Shown here: positions 1 through 11,830 of the stretch, piece by piece
Position numbering within the stretch: position 1 is the stretch's first letter
Layout of the letters: every line of letters starts with the position of its first letter
Origin: Dehalococcoidia bacterium
GTDB taxonomy: Bacteria; Chloroflexota; Dehalococcoidia; UBA6926
Reading direction: 5' to 3'
Length of the DNA: 64,000 nt
Assembly: GCA_963666115.2 (NCBI GenBank)
Contig: CAXXET010000004.1
Span: 352,001-416,000 of the forward strand
Program-made: the position numbers and the translations under genes
Notes under the pieces: model-generated
What the model was told of the DNA's origin: nothing
Seen by the model: only the letters and a program-made list of their open reading frames with translations
Databases searched by the model: none

Positions 1-183
1 GGACTCGCCGGCGACCATGCGCCGCAGCTTGCCCATGAATCCGCCGCCGGTCATGCCCGTGTGAAGCTCAAGGTTCTGTTGGGTGGCCATCGCGCCGGGC
101 TCAACCCTGACTGCCTCGCCCTCGTCCAATTCCATGGTCAGAAAGCTGTATGCCGGAGCGAATTCGGTCGTTACCTTCATCAT
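1..183 (-). CDS. AIM24/TIGR00266 (DUF124) family protein, 5' part (runs off window edge)
   Basis: Manual translation: MMKVTTEFAPAYSFLTMELDEGEAVRVEPGAMATQQNLELHTGMTGGGFMGKLRRMVAGES. The 'L..GE.V..EPGAM' and 'GG....L.R...GES' motifs are typical of the family, with a GGGGG RBS upstream. Not in the ORF track. Confidence 0.8.
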   Translation of the reverse strand, partial: MMKVTTEFAPAYSFLTMELDEGEAVRVEPGAMATQQNLELHTGMTGGGFMGKLRRMVAGES

Positions 184-229
184 GTCCCCCTCAGTCCAAT
201 CGTCCTGCCAACCGGCGATTGCCAGTCGG

Positions 230-1228
230 CTACTCAATCGTATCACTACGGACTGCGCCGCCCAACGCCCGCCACGCGTTAAGAACCGCGTCCAGTTCAT
301 CCGCAGTTGGAGCATCGCGCGTGCCGGGGCGCGAGACGTTGACGCCGGCGGCGGCAGTCGCGCCGAGCAGGACATCGGCAGCGTCATGTCCCTGCGCTTC
401 GAGGGCCGCGAGCGCGCCGTGAAAGGCGTCCCCTGCCCCAACGCTGCTGACAGGGACCATGTCCAGTTCAGCGAGCGGGAGAGGCGGGACGCGCGTCAAC
501 TCATCGCGCAGCAGGTCGATGACGACCGCGCCCTGAGCGCCCTGTTTAAGGATGATGCGGTTTCGCCAGCCGTCGGTGCGGAGGCGTGCGGCGATTTCAC
601 GCGGGTCGTCCTGCCCAAACAGATCGGCGGTCTCTTCCTCATTGAGGAGGAGGGTATCGACGCGGCGGGCAAGGGGGACAACGATGGCGGGATCGGCGGC
701 GGCAAGCACGCCGGGGTCCCAGGAAACGCGGCAATCCGTGGCGGTGGTGATGTAGAGGATTTCCTCGATGACGGGCAGCGGCGGGTCTGTTATGGCGCAG
801 TTGCGGGCGCGGGCGAGCATGGAACGGGCGGCGGGTTGGCGGACGTGGTCCGGCGTGAGGAGGGCGTTTGCGCCGAGGGCGCTGGCGATTATGTTCTGGC
901 TGTTGGCGTCCACGAGGATGAACGCCTGGCCGGATTCGGCGTTGGAAATGGTCGGGACTGCATCCGTTCGTATTCCTTCGCTGTGAAGCAGTTCACTTTG
1001 TAGACCGGCGATTGCATCGTCTCCGAGCGCGCCGATGAATGAAACGCTCTGTTTGGGGAGGAGGCGGGCGGCTGCAACGGCGACGTTGGCGCCGGTGCCG
1101 CCGGGGACACGGGCAACCTCGGAAACGGTGACCTCCTGGCCGGGCGCCGGGAGCGACTCCACGAAGAGTGTCACGTCCCAGTTGATGGCCCCCACCGCGA
1201 CGACGAGGGGCGTAGTCGAGTTGGTCAC
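230..1228 (-). CDS. PfkB family carbohydrate kinase (ribokinase-like)
   Basis: VGAINWD, PGGTGANVAVAAARL and C-terminal VGAGDAF PfkB signatures; overlaps the nucleoside hydrolase gene. Confidence 0.9.
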   Translation of the reverse strand: MTNSTTPLVVAVGAINWDVTLFVESLPAPGQEVTVSEVARVPGGTGANVAVAAARLLPKQSVSFIGALGDDAIAGLQSELLHSEGIRTDAVPTISNAESGQAFILVDANSQNIIASALGANALLTPDHVRQPAARSMLARARNCAITDPPLPVIEEILYITTATDCRVSWDPGVLAAADPAIVVPLARRVDTLLLNEEETADLFGQDDPREIAARLRTDGWRNRIILKQGAQGAVVIDLLRDELTRVPPLPLAELDMVPVSSVGAGDAFHGALAALEAQGHDAADVLLGATAAAGVNVSRPGTRDAPTADELDAVLNAWRALGGAVRSDTIE

Positions 1229-2172
1229 GCTTCCTGTGTCAGGCGGGAGAAGACGAGTTCAAGGAAACGCGGGCCGTCGACGGCGGTGACGACGTTGACC
1301 TGCCTGTCGTCGGTTGCCGCTCGGCGCGGACGCCTGTCGGCGATGGTCTGGCCGCGGACGGAGCCGTCCTGCGTGACGATCTCAACGGGATAGGGGCGCG
1401 TTTCGAAGAGGGTGGGGTCGATGACATAGGCGATGGCCTGCGCGTCGTGGATATTGACGACGCCGAATCGTCCCAGGGCCTGGATGGTGATGAGGGCGGC
1501 GGTCTGGGCGTACGTGTCGGTGCTGGCGGCGAGGACGGCATGGCGCTCGGGGTTGATGGAGCTTGTGGGATCGGTGGTGACATCGAGGCCGACGGCGGTG
1601 ATGGAGATGTCTGCGGCGAAGAGCTCGGCGGCGGCTTCGGGGTCGGCCCAGATGTTGAACTCCGAGACGGTGGTGACGTTGCCGTGGCCATAGGGGGTGA
1701 GGGCGAACGCGCCTCCCATGAGAACGATGTTGTTGAGCCGCGCAAAGGCATCCGGCGCCTCCCGCATCAGGTGTGCGACGTTGGTCATGGGGCCGGTGGG
1801 GATGAGGGTGATCTCGCCCGGTTCGCGCGCCATGACGATATCGGAGATGAACTGCACGGCGGGGCGGTCATCAAACGACATCTGCGTCGGTTGAGGGACA
1901 GGCGCGCCGCCGAGTCCATCGTTGCCGTGGACGTGTACGGCGTCTTCGGGTTCGCGGGTTAGGGGCTTGGCGGCGCCGCGCGCGACGGGGATTTCAGTGC
2001 GGCCAGCGGCTTCGAGGACGCGCAGGACGTTGTTAGCCGTGTGTTCAAGAGGAGCGTTGCCCGCGACAGCGGTGATACCGAGGATATCCAGTTCCGGAGA
2101 GCGGAGTGCAAGGAGGATAGCAAGGGAATCGTCGATGCCGACATCCATATCCAGAATGACTTTGGTGGGCAC
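1225..2172 (-). CDS. Inosine/uridine-preferring nucleoside hydrolase
   Basis: N-terminal DMDVGIDD (DxDxxxDD), HGNDGLG, PTGPMTN, EFNIWADPEAA and HD motifs. Confidence 0.93.
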   Translation of the reverse strand: MPTKVILDMDVGIDDSLAILLALRSPELDILGITAVAGNAPLEHTANNVLRVLEAAGRTEIPVARGAAKPLTREPEDAVHVHGNDGLGGAPVPQPTQMSFDDRPAVQFISDIVMAREPGEITLIPTGPMTNVAHLMREAPDAFARLNNIVLMGGAFALTPYGHGNVTTVSEFNIWADPEAAAELFAADISITAVGLDVTTDPTSSINPERHAVLAASTDTYAQTAALITIQALGRFGVVNIHDAQAIAYVIDPTLFETRPYPVEIVTQDGSVRGQTIADRRPRRAATDDRQVNVVTAVDGPRFLELVFSRLTQEA

Positions 2173-2177
2173 GATTA

Positions 2178-2214
2178 CCCCCTCACCTTAACCCTCTCCC
2201 CCAGGGAGAGGGGG
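2178..2214. repeat. REP-like palindrome, family D (CCCTCACC-TAACCCTCTCCC...GGGAGAGGG)
   Basis: Hairpin CCCTCTCCC-cca-GGGAGAGGG; remnant copy at 47992-48011; contains the stop codon of the 2188-2577 ORF. Confidence 0.6.
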
Positions 2215-2577
2215 CTGTGAATTACCTTCGGCGCTCATCTGTATTTTCCTGCGACGGCGCTTACCGAACATTGGACGAAGCATCATCATCCACATTATCT
2301 GTAAACCACGCCAGATATAGGCGACTGTAAAGACAATGAGCGCAACGACAAAGGGGTTTTCATCAAACCAACTCGTCTCCCAAATCATCCTTCCATCGCT
2401 GGAGTATGAAGGTTCCAGAGCATATGCCAATGACCCACATAGTAGCCCAGCGACGAAGGCCCAATTGAACCACCCGAGCTCACTCGCAATTGCCCCAAAT
2501 TGAGCCATGACTGAATTGAAAGTGTCCTCGTAGACGCGCTGCGCGTGGCGCAGATCTCTCAGCAGCCTCATTTTCAC
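2188..2577 (-). CDS. Hypothetical membrane protein (2 predicted TM helices)
   Basis: Two hydrophobic stretches; GTG start overlaps the stop of the upstream ORF (GTGA) with a GAGGAG RBS; visibly lower GC than flanks. Confidence 0.6.
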   Translation of the reverse strand: MKMRLLRDLRHAQRVYEDTFNSVMAQFGAIASELGWFNWAFVAGLLCGSLAYALEPSYSSDGRMIWETSWFDENPFVVALIVFTVAYIWRGLQIMWMMMLRPMFGKRRRRKIQMSAEGNSQPPLPGGEG

Positions 2578-2777
2578 GCGCTCCTCACCAATACAATTGG
2601 GCCATGTATAGCCCTGTCCCCCGAAATCGTGGACATAAGGTCGCGTGACCACAGACGTTCCGTCTCCGCGTCGTAACAGACACGGCAAAGATGCTCCACA
2701 CCTTCAAAGCATGGCGCGTCCTTGTAGTGAAAGGTGGCGGGCTGGCCACAGTTATCGCATTCGACGACAGGATTCAT
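2574..2777 (-). CDS. Small putative zinc-finger protein
   Basis: CDNC...HLCRVC pairs; AGGAGG RBS upstream; translationally coupled to the next ORF. Confidence 0.6.
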   Translation of the reverse strand: MNPVVECDNCGQPATFHYKDAPCFEGVEHLCRVCYDAETERLWSRDLMSTISGDRAIHGPIVLVRSA

Positions 2778-2821
2778 GGCGTCCTCCTGCTAGCTGCATC
2801 GCTACTTCCTCTGCGGCTTCT

Positions 2822-2846
2822 GGATTCCCGCTTTCGCGGGAATGAC
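2822..2846 (+). repeat. REP-like palindrome family A (GGATTCCCGCTTTCGCGGGAATGAC)
   Basis: Stem ATTCCCGC/GCGGGAAT, loop TTTC, TGAC tail; copies at 13390, 14784, 18119 and 18155. Confidence 0.9.
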
Positions 2847-2881
2847 GGGTGGTGACTAGGCAACGGATTGCTCCTGACGCG

Positions 2882-4573
2882 TCAGTGCGGCGTGGTGGCG
2901 GTGTGAGAGGATTTGCCGTTGATGTACTCCTCGAACTCGTCACGGAAGTAGCGGATGGCGCTGTTCAGGACGCCGGGGGCGAGTTGACCGAGCCCGCAGA
3001 GGGAGCCCTGCACCATGGATGCGCCGACGTTCTGGAGCTTCTCAATGTCGCCGTCCTGGCCGTAGCCCTCCGTGATGGTGGCAAGGACGTGGGAGATGTG
3101 GGTTGCGCCCTTGCGGCAGGGGAAGCACTTGCCGCAGGATTCGGCGTCGATGAACTCGGCGATGTTCTTGACGAGATCGACGATGCTAGTGTCTTCGTCG
3201 AGGACGAGGATGCCGCCGGAGCCGAGCGGGCTGCCCTTGGCGGTCATGGCCTGGAACTCCGTGGGCATATCCATTTCAGCGGCGGGCATGATGCCGCCGA
3301 GCGGCCCGCCGCATTGGAGCGCCTTCACTTTCTTGCCGCCGCGAATGCCGCCCGCGACGTTTTCAATGACTCCGGCCAAGTTGATTCCAACGGGGATTTC
3401 CGCAATTCCGGGTTTATTTATGTGGCCGGAGAGGGAGAGCATGGCGGTGCCGGAGGCGTTCTCCGTGCCGATGGCGGCGAATGCCTCCGCGCCCATGTCA
3501 AGGACGGTTGGCACATACGCGATGGTCTTGACGTTGTTGATGGTGGTGGGGCGGCCAAAGATGCCGTAGGCGGCCGGGAACGGGGGGCGGGGGCGGGGCG
3601 CGCCGCGCTTGCCCTCGACGGACTCCATGAGCGCGGTCTCCTCGCCGCAGATGTATGCGTGGCCGGTGGCCTCGATCTCAACCTCGTGGGAGAAGTCCGT
3701 GCCCATGATGTTGTGGCCGACAAGGCCGCGCTCCTCCATCTCATGGAGGGCGCGGCGGAGGCGTTCAAGCGGCAGCCGGTATTCGGCGCGGACGTGAATG
3801 TAGCTCTTGTTGGCACCCATGGCGTATGAGGCGATCAGGATGCCTTCCAGGAGGCGATGCGGGTCGTTTTCGACGATGGCGGCATCGGTGAACGCGCCGG
3901 GGTCGCCCTCCTCGCCGTTGATCGCAAGATAGCGGTCGCCGGGGCCGGGCGGGCCCATGAAGCTCCACTTGACGCCGGCGGGGAACAACGCGCCGCCGCG
4001 CCCGCGCAGGCCGGACTCGCGCACCATATCAACGACTTCCTGGGGAGTCATGTCATGGAGGGCTTTGTCGAGGGAGGCGAGGCCGCCGTTGGCGACGTAG
4101 TGGAGGATATTGCCGGGCTCGATGAGGCCGAAGTTGGCCATGAGGAGGCGGAGTTGGTCGCGCATCCAGGGCTGCTCGGCCAGGAGGGGGATATCGACGC
4201 CGTGGATGGGAGTTGCGCCATGGACGCCGAGGGCAAGATCGGGGCGAAGGTTGACGTCGACGAGGACATCGCGGAGGAGTTGGGGGGCAGTGTCGGCGTC
4301 GATATTGCCGTAGGAGACGCGGGGCATGTTTGGCGGGGCGATATGGACGACGGGGTCCGCCCATGAGAAGCCAATATCGCCGACCTCAAGGACGCGGGCC
4401 TCTATGCCGAGTTCGTCGATTGTGCGGCGGATGGCATTGAGGGTATCGCCCGCGCCGACGGTGAGGCTCGCGGCGGAGATGCCGACGCTGACGCGGGCAA
4501 CGGAGGGATCGTCCCACTGCGTCCAGGCGGCATCCGCCTCTTGCTTGAGTGATTGATAGAGTTCGGATGGCAT
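2882..4573 (-). CDS. NuoF/HoxF/HydB-like NADH-binding flavin/Fe-S subunit (diaphorase)
   Basis: SGLRGRGGALFPAGVKW, EEGDPGAF, YICGEETALMESVEGKRG.PR..PPFPA, ESCGKCFPCRKG and SLCGLGQ motifs; start taken at MPSELY just after the nuoE-like stop. Confidence 0.9.
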   Translation of the reverse strand: MPSELYQSLKQEADAAWTQWDDPSVARVSVGISAASLTVGAGDTLNAIRRTIDELGIEARVLEVGDIGFSWADPVVHIAPPNMPRVSYGNIDADTAPQLLRDVLVDVNLRPDLALGVHGATPIHGVDIPLLAEQPWMRDQLRLLMANFGLIEPGNILHYVANGGLASLDKALHDMTPQEVVDMVRESGLRGRGGALFPAGVKWSFMGPPGPGDRYLAINGEEGDPGAFTDAAIVENDPHRLLEGILIASYAMGANKSYIHVRAEYRLPLERLRRALHEMEERGLVGHNIMGTDFSHEVEIEATGHAYICGEETALMESVEGKRGAPRPRPPFPAAYGIFGRPTTINNVKTIAYVPTVLDMGAEAFAAIGTENASGTAMLSLSGHINKPGIAEIPVGINLAGVIENVAGGIRGGKKVKALQCGGPLGGIMPAAEMDMPTEFQAMTAKGSPLGSGGILVLDEDTSIVDLVKNIAEFIDAESCGKCFPCRKGATHISHVLATITEGYGQDGDIEKLQNVGASMVQGSLCGLGQLAPGVLNSAIRYFRDEFEEYINGKSSHTATTPH

Positions 4574-4575
4574 GG

Positions 4576-5055
4576 CTACGAGGGGCCTCCAAGGTTGGCT
4601 GCGAGTTGGGCGGCGGACTGGGGTGTGAGTTGGCCGCGCCACTGTTGATCATAGGCGACGACGGGGGCCTGGTTGCAGAGGCGGGGGCAGGAGATTGTTC
4701 GCACTTCAACGCCGCCGCTGCCGCCGGATTCGACGGCTTCGCGGATGGCGCGCTCGATGGAGCGGGCGCCGGTGACGTGGCAGGGGGCATCGATGCAGAC
4801 GTCGATGAAGTGGTCGCTGCCCTGCCCGACTGAGAAATCGGAGTAGAAGGAGAGGACGCCCCAGACTTCAGGCTGGGAGTAGCCGAGAATCTCGGCGGCG
4901 TCATCGACGGTGGTCTCAGGGATGTAGTTGAGCTGGTACTGGACGTCCAGCAAGGCCATGAGGAGCGCGCCCTTGTGGCCGACGTAGGCGGAGATGATGT
5001 CACGGGCGCGCTGGCGGGCGGCATCGGTGTTGTTGTTGGGTGTGGTGGTGGTCAT
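4576..5055 (-). CDS. NuoE/HoxE-like 2Fe-2S subunit
   Basis: LLMALLDVQYQLNYIP, V.GVLSFYS.F, VCIDAPCH and SCPRLCNQAP motifs. Confidence 0.9.
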   Translation of the reverse strand: MTTTTPNNNTDAARQRARDIISAYVGHKGALLMALLDVQYQLNYIPETTVDDAAEILGYSQPEVWGVLSFYSDFSVGQGSDHFIDVCIDAPCHVTGARSIERAIREAVESGGSGGVEVRTISCPRLCNQAPVVAYDQQWRGQLTPQSAAQLAANLGGPS

Positions 5056-5084
5056 GTGGACAGGATAGCAGAGGGCGGGTGCTC

Positions 5085-5390
5085 TTAGGGTGGGGCTTTT
5101 TGAGGGGGCGGAGTAGCGGTGATGGCGGCTTCCATTAGGAAGATGCCTATCGCTGTTAGCCAGAGGGCGGTGAGGGGTTGTTCGCTGAAGAAGAGGTTGT
5201 AGACGCCGTAGAGGATGAGGGCGGCTGCTCCCAGTTGGCCTATGCGGGCGGCGGTTCTTGTTGCGCGGTTTTGGTTGCCGGTGATTTTCCAGAGGGCGGC
5301 GGTGAGTAGGCGGCCGCCGTCCAGCGGGAAGAGGGGCAGCAGGTTGAAGGCTCCGATGATGAGGTTGGCCATGGCGATGTATTCAAGGGC
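5085..5390 (-). pseudogene. Truncated site-2 protease (peptidase M50), C-terminal half only
   Basis: NLIIGAFNLLPLFPLDGGR motif is present, but the frame meets a stop about 26 codons upstream of the ATG with no HExxH half. Confidence 0.7.
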
Positions 5391-5469
5391 ACGTCCATGA
5401 GGTACAGGCCGATGACTTGGGATTGTACAATGTGGGGGCAGTGAGGGTAACTAACATTGGCGGGCGGTT

Positions 5470-6225
5470 GTGTTTGAGATAGATATTAGCTCCGGGGCGC
5501 TGGCGGCGCTGACTCTTGGCTTTTTGCTAGGGCTGAAGCACGCGACGGACGCTGATCACGTGGTGGCGGTTTCAACCATCGCGATGCAGCAGCGGAAGGT
5601 GTGGAGCGGGCTGTGGGTTGGCACGTCGTGGGGGCTGGGACATACGACGCCGCTGTTGGTCTTAGGCATCATCATCCTGATTGTGAAGGAATCCGTGATG
5701 AGCCGCTATGAGGCGGTGGCGCCGGTTTTGGAGTTCGGGGTTGGGATCATGCTGGTGTTCCTGGGGGCGCAGGTGTTGTACAACCTGCGGCGGGGGCGCC
5801 TGCATACACACGTTCACACGGGGGAGGCGCAGCCGCACGTGCACGTTCACGCGACACACAGGCGGGCGAGCGATGATGAGCCGCCGGAGGAAGACGGGGC
5901 GCGTTCGCGGCCATCCGTGTTTCGGCTGCGGTCATTCGTGATCGGGACGGTGCATGGGCTGGCGGGGAGCGCGGCGGTGATGCTGGTGCTGCTGCCGAGC
6001 ATCGACGGGTTCTGGGTGGGCGTGGGTTATCTGCTTTTGTTTGGCGTGGGGACAATCATCTCGATGGGAGCGATCACGATTTTGCTGGGGGTGCCTTCTG
6101 CGCTCACTCAGGGGACGCGTCGGCTGAACCTGGCTGTGGCCGGGGTGGCGGGCATCGCCAGCCTGGGTTTCGGCCTGATGTTGATGAGCGACATTGGGCT
6201 GGGGACGAGCTTGTCGCCGTTATAG
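5470..6225 (+). CDS. HoxN/HupN/NixA/UreH-type nickel/cobalt transporter
   Basis: LGLKHATDADHVVAV, WGLGHT, His-rich loop (HTHVH...HVHVHATH) and GTVHGLAGSAA. Confidence 0.88.
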   Translation: MFEIDISSGALAALTLGFLLGLKHATDADHVVAVSTIAMQQRKVWSGLWVGTSWGLGHTTPLLVLGIIILIVKESVMSRYEAVAPVLEFGVGIMLVFLGAQVLYNLRRGRLHTHVHTGEAQPHVHVHATHRRASDDEPPEEDGARSRPSVFRLRSFVIGTVHGLAGSAAVMLVLLPSIDGFWVGVGYLLLFGVGTIISMGAITILLGVPSALTQGTRRLNLAVAGVAGIASLGFGLMLMSDIGLGTSLSPL

Positions 6226-6233
6226 GGGAAGGT

Positions 6234-6308
<75 letters not shown>

Positions 6309-6328
6309 TCGGTGGTGAATACCTGTCC

Positions 6329-6334
6329 AGTATA
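6329..6334 (-). promoter_or_regulatory. Putative -10 box (TATACT) for tRNA-fMet
   Basis: TATACT about 20 nt upstream of the tRNA 5' end; -35 weak. Confidence 0.45.
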
Positions 6335-6349
6335 CGCGGTTGGCGCCGA

Positions 6350-6419
6350 AACAAGTGAATAGGTCAAGGGCGGTCATTTTGCACTGACCGGCGGTCTTTT
6401 CCAGTGGGTAGGAAACGAG
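6350..6419 (-). other. 3' arm of the 23S precursor processing stem (pairs with 9435-9503)
   Basis: AACAAGTGAATAGGTCAAG (6350-6368) is the exact reverse complement of CTTGACCTATTCACTTGTT (9485-9503); GAAACGAG (6412-6419) pairs with CTCGTTTC (9435-9442). Confidence 0.85.
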
Positions 6420-6433
6420 GTTAAGTAGTAAGC

Positions 6434-9425
<2,992 letters not shown>

Positions 9426-9434
9426 CTACTTTGA

Positions 9435-9503
9435 CTCGTTTCTTCTGCATTGTTGAAGAACCGCGGTCAGTACATACTGACCGTCTTGACCTATTCACTT
9501 GTT
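9435..9503 (-). other. 5' arm of the 23S precursor processing stem
   Basis: Complementary to 6350-6419; overlaps a boxA-like GCGCCTTAACAAG on the minus strand. Confidence 0.85.
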
Positions 9504-9551
9504 AAGGCGCAAACCATCATGCCGCCCGTCCGAGGACGGCGGCGGACTACC

Positions 9552-9581
9552 ACTATACGGACGCGGGGCGCGGGGTGTCAA
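9552..9581 (-). promoter_or_regulatory. Sigma70-type promoter of the 23S gene
   Basis: TTGACA-18 nt-TATAGT on the minus strand about 125 nt upstream of the mature 23S. Confidence 0.8.
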
Positions 9582-9587
9582 TGAGCG

Positions 9588-9610
9588 CCCTTCGACAAGC
9601 TCAGGGTGAC
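9588..9610 (+). repeat. REP-like palindrome family C (CCCTTCGACAAGCTCAGGGTGAC)
   Basis: Same architecture as family B (stem-TCG N5 CTC-stem-TGAC) with a different stem; single copy in the window. Confidence 0.6.
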
Positions 9611-9670
9611 CGGAGGGTGGCTGGTAGAATTGGGGGGTAGCGACGGCCAGAAGGCGGCGAGGGGGGATGC

Positions 9671-10702
9671 ATGCAGCTTCGGAAACTATCCGGCGGACTC
9701 AAGGATGCGTACCGCGGGTCGAACGTCGCCGGCCGCGTGCGAGATTTCGACGGATGGCTCGCCAGGGCGTCCGCCGATGACGGGGACGGCTACGACCACG
9801 CGGCAACGGTCAAGGAATACTACGACCTGTGCAGCGAGTTCATGGTGTACGGATGGGGCGAGTCCCTGCACTTCGCTCCCCTTTCGCCCACGGAGAGCCT
9901 GGAGGAGTCCAAGGCACGGCACCAGCGGTTGATGATCGAGAAGCTGGAGCTTGCGGAGGGGATGACGGTCATCGACGTTGGCTGCGGGCTGGGCGGGCCG
10001 ATGCGCCGCGTGGTCAGCGAGGGCGGCGTCAGGGTCGTTGGAATCAGCAACAGCGAACTCCAGTTGGAGAAGGCGCGCGCGCTGAATGCCGAGGCGGGAA
10101 TCGACGACATGGTCGATTACGTGGCGTGCAACTTCATGGACATGGGCGTTATTGCGGACAACACGTTCGACCGGGGATACGCGATTGAATCCACGTGCCA
10201 CGCGCCGGACAAGGCAGGCGCGTTCGCGGAGATCTACCGGGTGCTGAAGCCGGGCGCGCTGCTGTGGGGCCAGGAGATGTGCATGACGGACGCGTTCAAT
10301 CCCGATGACGATCAGCATCGCACCATCAAGCAGGACCTCATGCGCGGCATTGCGCTCAACGGCATCGCGACGACGCAGGAGGTGGACTGGACGCTGGAAG
10401 CGGTAGGGTTCGAGGTGATCGAGGGTATGGATCGGGGCGTGGTGGAGGACGATTTGGCGACGCCGTGGTACAGGCCGATGGAGAATCGGCACGGGACGGT
10501 GGGCAACGCCCTGCGGAGGACGCCGCTGGGGCGCAAGGGGATCATGTGGGGGTCAAAGCTGGCGGAGTTGGCCAGGGTATTTCCCAAGGGGTCTACGGAC
10601 GTGATCGGGCTGCTGGACCGGACGGCGAATGCGTACGTGGCGGGCGGGAAGACGGGGATATTTTCGCCGCTCTATTGTTTTTTGGCGCGGAAGCCGGGTT
10701 AG
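9671..10702 (+). CDS. Sterol C24-methyltransferase-like SAM-dependent methyltransferase (SMT/ERG6 homologue)
   Basis: YYDLCSEFMVYGWGESLHFA, IDVGCGLGGPMR, YAIESTCHAP, EIYRVLKPG and C-terminal GGKTGIFSPLYCFLARKP follow the conserved regions of ERG6/SMT. Confidence 0.85.
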   Translation: MQLRKLSGGLKDAYRGSNVAGRVRDFDGWLARASADDGDGYDHAATVKEYYDLCSEFMVYGWGESLHFAPLSPTESLEESKARHQRLMIEKLELAEGMTVIDVGCGLGGPMRRVVSEGGVRVVGISNSELQLEKARALNAEAGIDDMVDYVACNFMDMGVIADNTFDRGYAIESTCHAPDKAGAFAEIYRVLKPGALLWGQEMCMTDAFNPDDDQHRTIKQDLMRGIALNGIATTQEVDWTLEAVGFEVIEGMDRGVVEDDLATPWYRPMENRHGTVGNALRRTPLGRKGIMWGSKLAELARVFPKGSTDVIGLLDRTANAYVAGGKTGIFSPLYCFLARKPG

Positions 10703-10745
10703 ATTCTTCGCTGCGCTCAGAATGACAAGCCGCGCTCAGAATGAC
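10701..10745 (+). repeat. REP-like palindrome family B (GATTCTTCGCTGCGCTCAGAATGAC) plus partial tandem copy
   Basis: Full copy 10701-10726 and partial GCGCTCAGAATGAC 10732-10745; overlaps the stops of both convergent genes. Confidence 0.9.
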
Positions 10746-11815
10746 AAAAGCAGGGCGCGGCAGAATTGGGCGCCCTGTTCGAGTTCTGAGATTTTGACGC
10801 TCTCACGGACGGTGTGGGCATCGTGCATGGCCGCGCCGACCACGACGGCCTCAATGCCGTTGAGGACGAAGACGTTGCCGTCCGTGCCGCCGCCGGAGAC
10901 CGCCATCTGGGGGGTCATACCGAGCCGCGTCAGGGTGTCCTTGACGCGGGCGAGCGCGCCGGCGGATTCATCCAGGCGGTAGCCGATGAATTGCTCTCGG
11001 AGGTCGCAGTTGATTGTGGCTTCCGTCCATCGCCCCTGCGTGTCCTGCACGATATTGAGGAGATAGGAGCGGACGCGCTCAAGGGCATCCGGGTCATGGC
11101 TGCGGGTTTCGCCGGTCAGGCTCGCGTGTTCCGGCACGGCGTTGCGGACGCTGCCGCCCTCGATGAGGCCGACGTTGAAGGTGGTGTTTTCGTCCAAGCG
11201 GCCGAGCCGCATCTGGACGATCATCTCTGCGGCGATCTGGATTGCAGAGATGCCCTTTTCCGGCTCGACGCCGGCGTGGGCGGCACGTCCGGTAATGTCG
11301 ATGTCAAAGGCCAGATAGGTGGGACTGCCCGTCGTGACCTGGTAGGCGGGGCCTTCGCCGTCAAAGACGACGGCTTCTTTGGCACGGAGCATGGAGAAAT
11401 CAAGGTTCTTGGCGCCGACGAGTCCGATTTCCTCTTCGCGAGTGAGGGCGATTTCAACGGGGCGGCGGGGCGCGCCGTCCAGTTGGAGGGATTCCAACGC
11501 TTCGAGGATGACAGACAGTCCGGCCTTGCAGTCGCCGCCAAGGACGGTGGATTGGTCGGTGTGGATGATGTCGCCATCGATGATGGGCCGGATGCCCCGC
11601 CCCGGCTCAACAGTATCCATGTGGGCGGAGAGGAGGATGGGGGAGTCGCCGGGCTCGGTGGCGATGACGTTGCCGTATGCGTCACGGGAGACTGTGAATC
11701 CGAGGGCTGCGAGGCGGGTTGAGAGGACGTCCGCGACGGCGGCCTCTTCGCCAGAGGGGCTGTCAATGCGGACGAGATCGGTGAATGTGGTGATGAGGCG
11801 GTCACGGTCAATCAT
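10736..11815 (-). CDS. M20 family metallopeptidase (peptidase T-like)
   Basis: SAHMDTV, LGGDCKAG, EEEIGLVGA, AAHAGVEPEKGISAI, GGGTDGN and HT.RE motifs. Confidence 0.9.
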   Translation of the reverse strand: MIDRDRLITTFTDLVRIDSPSGEEAAVADVLSTRLAALGFTVSRDAYGNVIATEPGDSPILLSAHMDTVEPGRGIRPIIDGDIIHTDQSTVLGGDCKAGLSVILEALESLQLDGAPRRPVEIALTREEEIGLVGAKNLDFSMLRAKEAVVFDGEGPAYQVTTGSPTYLAFDIDITGRAAHAGVEPEKGISAIQIAAEMIVQMRLGRLDENTTFNVGLIEGGSVRNAVPEHASLTGETRSHDPDALERVRSYLLNIVQDTQGRWTEATINCDLREQFIGYRLDESAGALARVKDTLTRLGMTPQMAVSGGGTDGNVFVLNGIEAVVVGAAMHDAHTVRESVKISELEQGAQFCRALLLSF

Positions 11816-11830
11816 TGGGAGGGTTCTCCT

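Noticed and set aside
6309-6433. Possible 5S rRNA after 23S
   Set aside because: Length fits, but no 5S motifs are present and the segment is explained as the complement of the 23S leader.
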